From a virus, in IMG/VR virus record IMGVR_UViG_3300030514_000035, positions 1-51,026 of that record: a stretch of 51,026 nucleotides of DNA. One strand, 5' to 3'. The notes beneath the pieces are model-generated. The model saw only the letters and a list, made by a program, of their open reading frames with translations. It did no database searches and was not told the DNA's origin. Shown in pieces: positions 37,600-46,779 of this stretch (the first letter of the stretch is position 1; every line of letters starts with the position of its first letter). Position numbers and translations under genes: made by a program.

Positions 37600-38238
37600 A
37601 TGACACATGAAAATTGGATATTGATCGGGCTAATTGCTCAGACATTAGGCTCAGTCCTATTACTTGGAGGGTACGCTCCTCAAATCATTAAGCTTCACAA
37701 AACAAAAATTCCTACAGGGATTTCACTTCTGTTTTGGACGATGATTGCAGTAGGGTGTACATCAATCTTGACTAACATGGTTATCCAAGGAACAGCAATT
37801 GAAGTAATGATTACACAAGGCTTAAATGCTTTAGGTGCTTGGTATACACTATTCCTAGTAATCTACTGTCGAGTTAAGCGTGAAGAAAAAATTACTCCAA
37901 ATATTTTCGTAGTAATTGTAGCGATAGTTATCATTGCTTTAATGATTCCTCAGATTGTTAGTGCGCCAACAAAAGATATTGGGTACATGTTCCAAGGAAT
38001 CGGTACTGTAGCATTGCTGACAGCTTATATTCCTCAAATCATTTACTTATTCCAAGTGAAGGATGCTACAGGAATTTCTCGCTGGCTGTTCATCGTATTA
38101 GGCTTAGGTCTTCTATGTGTGACAGGGAACATGATTATTACAGGAACGTCTGTAGAGATTATCATTACAGAGTTCGTAAATATCGCATTAATCCTAGTTC
38201 AATACTTTATGACCGTTCATTATCAACGAAAAAAATAA
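37600..38238 (+). CDS. PQ-loop (SWEET/MtN3-like) membrane transporter
   Basis: Two repeats YAPQIIKL..K..TGIS and YIPQIIYL..K..TGIS; about 7 TM. Confidence 0.85.
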   Translation: MTHENWILIGLIAQTLGSVLLLGGYAPQIIKLHKTKIPTGISLLFWTMIAVGCTSILTNMVIQGTAIEVMITQGLNALGAWYTLFLVIYCRVKREEKITPNIFVVIVAIVIIALMIPQIVSAPTKDIGYMFQGIGTVALLTAYIPQIIYLFQVKDATGISRWLFIVLGLGLLCVTGNMIITGTSVEIIITEFVNIALILVQYFMTVHYQRKK

Positions 38239-38436
38239 TTAAACAAAAGTATTGACAAGTAGTATGAATGAGAGTAAAATAGATAGAGTGAGACGAGGCT
38301 TTTGCCTCTCTCGGCTCACTATTGATACCGTAATTAAGTCAATAACTTATTAAGCAAAAGTATTGATAAGGTGTTGTTGACTTAACGAAGTTATCAATAA
38401 AAAATAATTCATATAACAGAAAGAGGTAATTAAATT

Positions 38437-39615
38437 ATGGCAGAATTACAACGTGGTAAAGGTTTTAACACATTAACAGGTAAGGCTAAAATCACAGAAA
38501 ATAGTTTTACAGGGGAAAAGACATCTGACACTACAGGTTATAAATACACACGTTTTCAATTTGGAGTTGAAACAGCAGAAGGAAATACAGTTTGGTGCGA
38601 AATGATGGGTGGATATGCTCCTTCAAATCCAATTATCTATGCAATGAGCAAAGAAGATAATTCACCATTCACAGTAAACTGGAATGATCGCTTAAACGAG
38701 AATATCGTTTCTACAATTGCAGATTTCAAGTTACACAAAGTTGGTCTTGAACGTGATGAGAATGGAAAATTAATTGTTAAGAGTTTCTTATCTCCAATCG
38801 ATGTAGAACAATATTTAAAACAACACCTTAAAGATGGAATGGAAGTTACTGTTCGTGGTCAATTCGAATTCAGTGAGTATAACAATGATACTCAACGTAA
38901 AATGAAAATCCAAAATATCTTCTTGCCTTATCAAGAAAAGGAAAAAGATGAAAAAGGTAATGAGACAGGAAACTTACTTCCAGTTAAATACGAAGCACGT
39001 TTCACTCAAACAATCCTATTAACAGAGGATTCATTCAAACGTATTGCTAAGGCTGATAAAGACAGTGGTGAAGTTATCATCCAAGCTAGAGTAGTAGATT
39101 ACGTGAGCAAGCGTAATGGTAAGCAAGTTAAAAAGAATTTAACATTCCCATTACCAATCGTGGTTAAAATCAACCAAGATAAGCCTGAAATCACTGACAA
39201 AATTCTTAGCGCATTCTTCGATGTTAAGAAAGGTAAAGTTCGTGAAATCACTATTGAAGGTGACATTATCGAAGGTTACGAGCAATCAGAAACATCTAGT
39301 AAGGATATCGAAATCTCTCCTGAGATTCAAGAGTTAATCGATATGGGCTTATATGATGAAGATGAGGCTAAAAAGAAATTAACTGTACGTGGAAGCAAAG
39401 TTAGCAAATTAGTATTCTCTCGTCCATTCTTAACTAAGAATGACCAAGGAAAGCTTGTTACTGATATTAACGATGACAAATACAAACCTGAAGATTTATT
39501 CGTAAACATTGAAGAAGAAGAAACTGGCGACAGCTTAACAGGCGCTGTAGATGAAACAACTAGTGGTGGCGCTGGTGCAGGCGACACTTCTTGGATGAAT
39601 GCCCTAGGTATTTAA
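38437..39615 (+). CDS. probable single-stranded DNA-binding protein (SPbeta YorF-like)
   Basis: OB-like VTVRGQFEFSEY and ITIEGDI; acidic tail; first gene of the replication operon. Confidence 0.55.
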   Translation: MAELQRGKGFNTLTGKAKITENSFTGEKTSDTTGYKYTRFQFGVETAEGNTVWCEMMGGYAPSNPIIYAMSKEDNSPFTVNWNDRLNENIVSTIADFKLHKVGLERDENGKLIVKSFLSPIDVEQYLKQHLKDGMEVTVRGQFEFSEYNNDTQRKMKIQNIFLPYQEKEKDEKGNETGNLLPVKYEARFTQTILLTEDSFKRIAKADKDSGEVIIQARVVDYVSKRNGKQVKKNLTFPLPIVVKINQDKPEITDKILSAFFDVKKGKVREITIEGDIIEGYEQSETSSKDIEISPEIQELIDMGLYDEDEAKKKLTVRGSKVSKLVFSRPFLTKNDQGKLVTDINDDKYKPEDLFVNIEEEETGDSLTGAVDETTSGGAGAGDTSWMNALGI

Positions 39616-39730
39616 TAATTACCTTAAGCAAAAGTATTAACGTTAAACAAAAGTATTGACAAGTAAAGCGATAAGGGAGCGCTCAATCTCCCTTCACCAA
39701 AACTAAAATAACGAAAGAGGTATATATAAT

Positions 39731-40687
39731 ATGGGATTATTTCGTAAACCTTCAGCTAAAAAATTAGGACTTAAAGTATTAGTAATGGGAGAAAAAGGTG
39801 TAGGTAAATCAGTATTCACACTATCATTCCCTAAAGTATACGCTATGGATGCAGAAACTGGTATGGCATTTTATGAAAGTCATCCAGTGTTTGGAAAGAA
39901 CTTAGAAGCCATCGCAAACACTCAAGATTTCAATGAATTACAAGAGGCTATCGAAGAGATGATGGACTTAGAAGAGGGTACTTTGGTTATCGATTCTGAA
40001 ACTAAGTTCTACCAAAACTTAACTGATGCAAGCTTAAAAGTAGAAGAAGCTAAGGCTCGTAACAATGGTAAGAATGTTGATGACTCTGCAGTATCAATGC
40101 GTGGATGGGGTCGTATTAAATCAGTAGCACAGCGCCTTCAGAATTTGAAAATCGACTTGTCTGCAAAAGGTGTTAACGTTATCTCTGTATCACAAATTGA
40201 TGATGTTAAACAAAAAGTTGGTGACAACTTCGTTAAGATTGGTGAGAAGCCTGTGATGCAGAAAGGCTCAGAATATGATTATGATATTGTACTAAAGTTA
40301 TATACTGAGATGGACGCTAACAAGAATGTTAGTTACAAAGGTCTTATCCTTAAGGATCGTACTGGTGTAACGAAAGTAGGACAAGTAGTTTCCGATCCTT
40401 CATACGACACATGGAGATTGTTCTTAGAGTCTCGTGATGGCGCAGACAAGATTCAATCTACTCTTTCTAAAGACTTGAACAAATCTCAGAAAGCTTTAAA
40501 AGAAGAAGACGCAGAACTTGAAAAGACTTTAACAGATAAATTCCGTGAACTTGTTGCTAAATCAGAAGAGCACAAAACGAAGCTAATCGGATTAGTACAA
40601 AAGGCTGGAATTGAAAATCCTCTTTCACCTAAAGCAAATGAATTGAAAAAGTTAGAAGAAATCATTAAATTAGTATCGGCTATCTAA
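39731..40687 (+). CDS. AAA/Sak4-like ATPase (ssDNA annealing; YorG-like)
   Basis: KVLVMGEKGVGKS, DAETG, LVIDS, WG, EYDYD, KDRT. Confidence 0.75.
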   Translation: MGLFRKPSAKKLGLKVLVMGEKGVGKSVFTLSFPKVYAMDAETGMAFYESHPVFGKNLEAIANTQDFNELQEAIEEMMDLEEGTLVIDSETKFYQNLTDASLKVEEAKARNNGKNVDDSAVSMRGWGRIKSVAQRLQNLKIDLSAKGVNVISVSQIDDVKQKVGDNFVKIGEKPVMQKGSEYDYDIVLKLYTEMDANKNVSYKGLILKDRTGVTKVGQVVSDPSYDTWRLFLESRDGADKIQSTLSKDLNKSQKALKEEDAELEKTLTDKFRELVAKSEEHKTKLIGLVQKAGIENPLSPKANELKKLEEIIKLVSAI

Positions 40688-40821
40688 TAGCTAATCCGAG
40701 GGGAAGTAATTTATTTTACTTCCCCTTAAACAAAAGTATTGACATGAAACCTTATATTTGTTATGATTAATGATGTAATAGATAAGTCATAACAACTACA
40801 TACATATAAGGAGTAAAGTCT

Positions 40822-41811
40822 ATGAAGCACAGAGGGATTGAGATATCAGAAAGCGCTAAGCTTCGCAAGGTAGATGGAACTTTTAACAAGGTGGTTAAAG
40901 AAGGTCTAGATAAGATGCTAGATAGAATGGAAAAGGAAGGTCACAAGGCTATAGGAGAGTATAAGGGTAACTTGACTAAAATCATGATAGATTTTGGATG
41001 CGATCATGAGCCAAGTCTACTTACTCCTAAGTCCTATAAAAAAGGATTTGGATGCAAGAGATGTAGTGGAAGAAGTACTGAACAGGCAGAGGAGAACTTG
41101 AAATCACTAGCAAAGGAAAATGGGCATGAGATTCTTGGCGCTTACGAAGGTTCTCACAAAAAGATTTTAATTGATTTCAAGTGTGGACACGATCCTCATC
41201 TGATACAGCCTTATAAATACAAGGATGGTAGAAGGTGTCCAAAATGCGCTGATGAAAATAACATAGGGAATATCAGGCAGAGACAAAAGGCGATAGAGGG
41301 TCTCACGAAATTAATTGTAGAAAATGGACATGAGTTACTAAGTGAATATGTCGATAGTAACACTAAGATTTTAATCGACTTTAAGTGTGGACATAGCCCC
41401 AATTGGACTCGACCTTACTCCTATAAGCAAGGTCACGGATGTCCATCCTGTGGAGAATCAAAAGGAGAAAGAGTTATTCGTGAATACTTGGAGGAGCAAG
41501 GTATTGTCTTTGTGACTCAGTATAAATTCCCATCTTTGGATAGAAGAGCAGTCCATAGATATGATTTTATGTTACCGATGGACAATCTAATTGTGGAGGT
41601 TCATGGTAAACAGCACTATGAATTTCACAAGCACTTTCATAGAAGCGAAGAGGCGTTTGATGAGAGAAGAAGAGTTGATAAGATGAAGCGTGAATTTGCG
41701 GAATCTCTAGGTTATAGATATTTTGAAATATCATACAGAGAAGGGAATCCTCAAACAACATTAAGTAGATTCAAAGAGAAATACCTTGGCATCACTAAAG
41801 GAGTGTCTTGA
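40822..41811 (+). CDS. free-standing putative homing endonuclease (Zn-ribbon repeats + C-terminal PD-(D/E)XK/Vsr-like domain)
   Basis: Three GHE.L..Y.....KILIDFKCGH...Y..G.GC..C repeats; SKGE, RYDF..NLIVEVHGKQHY, D..K. Confidence 0.75.
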   Translation: MKHRGIEISESAKLRKVDGTFNKVVKEGLDKMLDRMEKEGHKAIGEYKGNLTKIMIDFGCDHEPSLLTPKSYKKGFGCKRCSGRSTEQAEENLKSLAKENGHEILGAYEGSHKKILIDFKCGHDPHLIQPYKYKDGRRCPKCADENNIGNIRQRQKAIEGLTKLIVENGHELLSEYVDSNTKILIDFKCGHSPNWTRPYSYKQGHGCPSCGESKGERVIREYLEEQGIVFVTQYKFPSLDRRAVHRYDFMLPMDNLIVEVHGKQHYEFHKHFHRSEEAFDERRRVDKMKREFAESLGYRYFEISYREGNPQTTLSRFKEKYLGITKGVS

Positions 41812-42435
41812 ATGGCGAAAGAGAAGGTTATTAAATGTTATTTTTGTGGGAATGTAGTCGAAAAATTTAGCGAACTTGTTAGTAAAAAGATACCCATGTC
41901 TACTAAGGCTGGTGTTAGAAATTACAATCGCCAATTTCACTTGGATTGCTTACCGAAGTATATCGAAGGATTAGAGGATAGGGAGTTACTTAGCGAAGAG
42001 AATTCAGATTGGGATAACGTCTATAAGTATTTCAGAAGAGAAATCCTAGGTCTTCAAGAAACAACGCCATTAGACCAGCATACCATTAAAAGGTTGCTTG
42101 GTCTTCGTGTTGGAACATACTATCCACAATCTACAAATACAAGAATTCTTCCGAGAGGGTATTCCTTTCCTGTTATACTTCTTACGTTGAAAGTTGTTAA
42201 GGCTAAGGTGTTGCAGTATGTATCTACTACCAATTTTGCAAACAACAAACATAGAATTGATGGGATTATGAGATTTATCACATCGGAGATTAACGATGTT
42301 CAAAAGAGAGTGGATATGCAGAAGAAGGCAAATGAGAAGCTTCGTAACGATGAAGTTAAGCCATTGTTTGACTATACTCAAGGTCTCAAGCGTAAAGAAG
42401 GTAAGAAGAAGATTAGAAATGGGTTAGATGATTGA
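41812..42435 (+). CDS. replication-region protein with N-terminal Zn motif (YorH-like)
   Basis: CYFC...HLDC; immediately before the helicase. Confidence 0.55.
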   Translation: MAKEKVIKCYFCGNVVEKFSELVSKKIPMSTKAGVRNYNRQFHLDCLPKYIEGLEDRELLSEENSDWDNVYKYFRREILGLQETTPLDQHTIKRLLGLRVGTYYPQSTNTRILPRGYSFPVILLTLKVVKAKVLQYVSTTNFANNKHRIDGIMRFITSEINDVQKRVDMQKKANEKLRNDEVKPLFDYTQGLKRKEGKKKIRNGLDD

Positions 42436-42446
42436 GGAGGATTTAA

Positions 42447-43910
42447 GTGAGTGAAGCAACAGATTTACAGAAAATGAAAGAGGACTTTAGAAAAACTCTG
42501 ATAAATGCTAAAGCTATGTCAGAGTCATATGTTGTCCTTAGCATCTATAAAGCCTCAGAGTTAATGGGTGATACAAACTTAACAGTAGATGATTTTGATA
42601 TCCCTGAATGGAAGTTTTTCTTCTCGGTAGCTAAATCTCTTATTAACTCAGAGAAGAAGGTTCTTGATGACATTGTAGTAGGTCTACGTGTAGCAGAGAA
42701 TGAAAACCTACAGAAGATGTATGATGAATATGGTGGCTGGGATACTCTTCGCCAAGGTATGTCGTTTGTAAAAGAAGACAACTTTGATGGCTATGTAAGA
42801 GACCTCAAGAAAGCAAATGCTCTTATTAAGTTACATGACTTAGATTTCCCTATCATGCAGAACTTCGAAAACTACAAGCTACAAACTGTAGAATCTCTTC
42901 AACAGAAACTTGAGGAAACATTGGCATCTGTATTTGCAGATGTTGATATAGTAGAGAAAGTTGAAGATATGAGCAAGGGACTATGGGATGTAGTTACGGA
43001 TGCTCACGAAGGGAAAATGCGTGGATTCCCATATCAATCAGCATTACTTAACGAGTATGTTAATGGTCAGGCGTTAGGAAACCTAACGATGTTATCAGCG
43101 AATAGTGGAATGGGAAAAACCTTCCTCGCACTTGCTCAAATCCTTCCTAACATGATTGAATTTGGTGAGAGTCTTATGATACTTGCCAATGAGGAAGATA
43201 TCGTTAAATGGAAGCGTGAAATCATTACTTGGTCTGTTAATAATATGACAGATGGAAGTTTCGAGAAGAAAAGATTCAACCAAGGTAACTTTACTCAAGA
43301 TGAGTTAGATACTCTTAAAGCTGGCGTAGATTGGTTAGATGATATGATGGAAGAGGGTAAGATTCGATTCATCAACTTCAACTCATTTAGCATGAAAAAG
43401 GCTATTAAGATGATTAAGAAAGAGTCTACATTCAACGATGTGAAGTACTTTATTCTAGATACGCTTAAGTTGGACTCAGATGCGATCAATGAGAATGTAC
43501 AAGCATGGTTACAATTGCAAGTAAACATGGTACATCTATATGATTTAATCAAGCCTTCGAATCGTAATCTTCATGTATTCGTAACTTACCAGCTAGGTAA
43601 ATCTGCTATGTTAACAAGATACTTGAGCCAAAATAGCTTGGGTATGTCTAAGAACGTTGTAGATACTGTAAGTACTCTAATGCTCGTTAGAAGGGCTTTA
43701 GAAAGCGAAAAGGCTGGAGGGAAGAACGAAGTTACTGTCATGTCTGCTGATGGCAAAGAGATTAAGATGGAAAAGGGTAAAGAGTACTTTATTATGTTCC
43801 TAGGTAAGAACCGAATGGGTGCTACTCATAGACAGCTTGTATTCGAGGTAGATATGGGTAGAAACATTGTTAAAGATTATGGTACATGCCTAATTGAACA
43901 AGATATTTAA
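42447..43910 (+). CDS. DnaB-like replicative helicase
   Basis: Walker A SANSGMGKT, ANEE, ILDTLK, TYQL, GKNR.G. Confidence 0.88.
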   Translation: MSEATDLQKMKEDFRKTLINAKAMSESYVVLSIYKASELMGDTNLTVDDFDIPEWKFFFSVAKSLINSEKKVLDDIVVGLRVAENENLQKMYDEYGGWDTLRQGMSFVKEDNFDGYVRDLKKANALIKLHDLDFPIMQNFENYKLQTVESLQQKLEETLASVFADVDIVEKVEDMSKGLWDVVTDAHEGKMRGFPYQSALLNEYVNGQALGNLTMLSANSGMGKTFLALAQILPNMIEFGESLMILANEEDIVKWKREIITWSVNNMTDGSFEKKRFNQGNFTQDELDTLKAGVDWLDDMMEEGKIRFINFNSFSMKKAIKMIKKESTFNDVKYFILDTLKLDSDAINENVQAWLQLQVNMVHLYDLIKPSNRNLHVFVTYQLGKSAMLTRYLSQNSLGMSKNVVDTVSTLMLVRRALESEKAGGKNEVTVMSADGKEIKMEKGKEYFIMFLGKNRMGATHRQLVFEVDMGRNIVKDYGTCLIEQDI

Positions 43911-43940
43911 ACAAAAGTATTAACAAAGGAGTGTCTTATT

Positions 43941-44345
43941 GTGGGATATGGAATTAAAGATGTAGCAAATGTAATGCTTGTCAATAAGAAGACAGGTGAG
44001 AAGGTGGAAGTAAGTACAACAAGTGCTTCTCTTTCATATGAGCCTCAACCTGATTTTCTAAGAAAAGGCGAGTTTACTATGAGTGTTGATGCAGATGTAG
44101 ACTTCGAGAAACCAAAAGGTTGGCTAACAGAAGCAGGGCGTGAATACTTTGAAGAAAAGTTGAATCAAAAAGATGATGTCCAATTCAAAGAGACCATTGT
44201 CAAATACATGAATGAAGTCAGACCTGAACACCATCAAGAGTGGACTTGGGATAAAGTAAATAAGGCGCTTAATGGCGAATACATTTTCTTATATCCATTA
44301 TTCCTAAACGCAATTGCTTACTTCGATGCAAAAGGAGAATGGTAA
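43941..44345 (+). CDS. hypothetical protein
   Basis: RBS AAGGAG. Confidence 0.65.
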   Translation: MGYGIKDVANVMLVNKKTGEKVEVSTTSASLSYEPQPDFLRKGEFTMSVDADVDFEKPKGWLTEAGREYFEEKLNQKDDVQFKETIVKYMNEVRPEHHQEWTWDKVNKALNGEYIFLYPLFLNAIAYFDAKGEW

Positions 44346-44527
44346 TGGAAAAGTTAATTGAACTTTGGATAGAAATCAAAGTAATTGAAATGGTAATTGG
44401 CGCAGGATTTATAGGTCTTATATTACTATCCTTTATCGTTGGAGGTATTTATCACCTGTTTGCAGGAGGGATGATTGGTTGGAAAAGAAAGAAGAAAAGC
44501 AAGAACCATGTAAGCACGAGAACATGA
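44345..44527 (+). CDS. small membrane protein
   Basis: One TM helix followed by a basic tail. Confidence 0.5.
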   Translation: MEKLIELWIEIKVIEMVIGAGFIGLILLSFIVGGIYHLFAGGMIGWKRKKKSKNHVSTRT

Positions 44528-44610
44528 TTGAGTATGAGTTTGGCAGAAATTTATACTGTCCTGACTGCAATACAATGTTTAAAGAAACGATGTTCGGAAG
44601 ATTATTATAA
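44479..44610 (+). CDS. 43-aa Zn-ribbon protein (not in ORF track)
   Basis: TTG start after GGAGG; PCKHEN...YCPDC; stop abuts a CAAAAGTATT motif. Confidence 0.45.
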   Translation: MEKKEEKQEPCKHENMIEYEFGRNLYCPDCNTMFKETMFGRLL

Positions 44611-44666
44611 AGCAAAAGTATTGATGTAGTGCTGGTGGCGTTACGTTATCAGCACCATTATTGTAG

Positions 44667-45749
44667 GTGGAAAATATGAACGCACAACAATTTAAGGATT
44701 GGTTAAGTGAAGATATAGAGAGAATCGAAAAGCTTCTTGAAGAGATAGGGTGTCATCGCCCATGGAGAACAGGGGATGAAGTTCGTTGCGCACCTCCTGA
44801 GTCAAATAACCACACAGCTATATCAGTAAACGTAGATACTCTTTACTGTAGATATTATCGTGAAGGGGAGACATTTAGAGGAGACATCTTGAGTTTAACA
44901 AGCTTGCTTCGTAACGAAGATTTTCCAGCCACGTTTCGATTCGTAAAGGCTCTCTTCGGTTTATCAGGAAAGTTCGTCAAAGAGAATAAGGTAGACCCCT
45001 TAAGTATGTTTAAGCAGATTAGAAAGCAACATAAAGTCTTTACAGATGTGAACGAAGTAGAGATTGCTAAGTTTGGCATGGAGACTTTAGAGGACTTCAT
45101 CATGTTGCCACATATCAACTTATTCTATGAAGGGATCATGCCTCAAACAGCCGAGTTGTTCAAAGTATGTTATGACCCTATCTTAGACAGAATACTATTT
45201 CCTCACTTTAACTACGATGATATAGAAGCTGTAGTTGGTATAACTGGAAGAACAACTAGGTCTAAAGAGGTCATCGAGGAATTCAAGATACCTAAGTACT
45301 GGAACTATATTAAAGGATACAAAAAGATGTACAACCTTTATGGGTTCAGTCATTCTTTACCATTCATAATTAAAAATGGAATGCTTATATTGTTTGAAGC
45401 TGAGAAGTCAGTACTTAAACATCATACAATGCATCGTAACGAAGGTTTTAGCGCCTCTGTTGGAGGACATGAGTTAAGTGAAGTTCAGGTACAGATTATC
45501 CTACAGAATACTCCTCCTGAAACAGAGATTGTTATTGCGTTCGATAAAGATGTAATGACGATGAAAGATGATGATGGCAAAGACATTGGAGAACAGTACT
45601 TGATTGATACTTGTAATAAGTTATCTAAATTCAGAAAGGTAAGTTATATCTTTGACAAGTACAACATCATAGGCGAGAAGGATTCTCCAATTGATAAAGG
45701 ATATAAGATTTGGCAATATTTATTGAAATATAGAAAGGTGATTAATTAA
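44667..45749 (+). CDS. DNA primase (TOPRIM)
   Basis: RILFP..VGITGR, LYG, FEAEKS, IAFDKD, KDSPID. Confidence 0.85.
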   Translation: MENMNAQQFKDWLSEDIERIEKLLEEIGCHRPWRTGDEVRCAPPESNNHTAISVNVDTLYCRYYREGETFRGDILSLTSLLRNEDFPATFRFVKALFGLSGKFVKENKVDPLSMFKQIRKQHKVFTDVNEVEIAKFGMETLEDFIMLPHINLFYEGIMPQTAELFKVCYDPILDRILFPHFNYDDIEAVVGITGRTTRSKEVIEEFKIPKYWNYIKGYKKMYNLYGFSHSLPFIIKNGMLILFEAEKSVLKHHTMHRNEGFSASVGGHELSEVQVQIILQNTPPETEIVIAFDKDVMTMKDDDGKDIGEQYLIDTCNKLSKFRKVSYIFDKYNIIGEKDSPIDKGYKIWQYLLKYRKVIN

Positions 45750-45750
45750 A

Positions 45751-46113
45751 GTGGCAGTAAAAGATTATCTTTATCATTACAAGGCTATTATGAGTCGTGT
45801 AATCGATGGAGACACAATTGTATTCAAAGAAATCGATATGGGGTTAGATGTGTGGGTTAAGAATAAGCATGCACGTTTGCTAGGCATTAACGCACCTGAA
45901 CTACATGCGAAAGATTTGGAGACAAGATTCGAAGCGAATGAAGCAAAAGAGTATCTTGAAAACAGACTAACAGAAGACACGATCGTTATTATTAAGATTC
46001 GTGAGTATAATCCACTTGATAGCTTCGGAAGAATTCTAGCAGATGTGTACCTTGAAGATGAATTACTAAATGACACAATGCTTGCTAAGGGATTCGCTGT
46101 TGTATTCGAATAA
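45751..46113 (+). CDS. thermonuclease (SNase) family
   Basis: RVIDGDT, RLLGINAPE, DSFGRILA. Confidence 0.9.
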   Translation: MAVKDYLYHYKAIMSRVIDGDTIVFKEIDMGLDVWVKNKHARLLGINAPELHAKDLETRFEANEAKEYLENRLTEDTIVIIKIREYNPLDSFGRILADVYLEDELLNDTMLAKGFAVVFE

Positions 46114-46146
46114 TATAAAACAAAAGTATTGATAAGGAATGATAAA

Positions 46147-46776
46147 ATGAAGATTTACTTCAGATATGGAACGATGGATTCCAGCAAGACAGCAAGATTA
46201 CTTATGGATGCCAACGAGTATGTTCAGCGAGGAGAGAATCCATTACTCCTTAAGCCAGTGCAAGATACTCGCTCAAAAACAGGATTCATTGAGAGTCGAA
46301 TAGGGTTGAGTGCGCCATGCATCGATGTAGAAGCTACAGACAATCTAACTGCATTAGTAACAATGCTCGTCAAGAGTGGAGATGTTCCTGACTGTATCTT
46401 CATTGATGAGGCTCAATTCTTAACGATGGCACAAGTTATTCAACTTCGTATCGTAGCAGATGGATACAAGATTCCAGTAATGTGCTATGGTCTCAAAACT
46501 GATTTCAGAGGATTGTTATTCGAAGGAAGTAGAGCATTGTTTGAAAATGCTAATCGAGTCGAAGAAGTTAAGACCATCTGTAGAGAAAAGGGCTGTAAGA
46601 ACAAGGCTATGTATAATGGTCGCTTCAAAAATGGCTTGCCTGTATTTGATGGCGAGACAGTTGTAGTAGGCGACACCGCAGATAGAACAAGTGAACAGGA
46701 TGCTTACTATTACATTCCTAAGTGCTCAGTTCATTTCTATGAAGACTTTAGAAAATGCCAAAAGGGAGATGCTTAA
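46147..46776 (+). CDS. tdk: thymidine kinase
   Basis: YGTMDSSKT, FIDEAQFL, YGLKTDF..LFEGS, Zn-binding Cys. Confidence 0.92.
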   Translation: MKIYFRYGTMDSSKTARLLMDANEYVQRGENPLLLKPVQDTRSKTGFIESRIGLSAPCIDVEATDNLTALVTMLVKSGDVPDCIFIDEAQFLTMAQVIQLRIVADGYKIPVMCYGLKTDFRGLLFEGSRALFENANRVEEVKTICREKGCKNKAMYNGRFKNGLPVFDGETVVVGDTADRTSEQDAYYYIPKCSVHFYEDFRKCQKGDA

Positions 46777-46779
46777 ACA

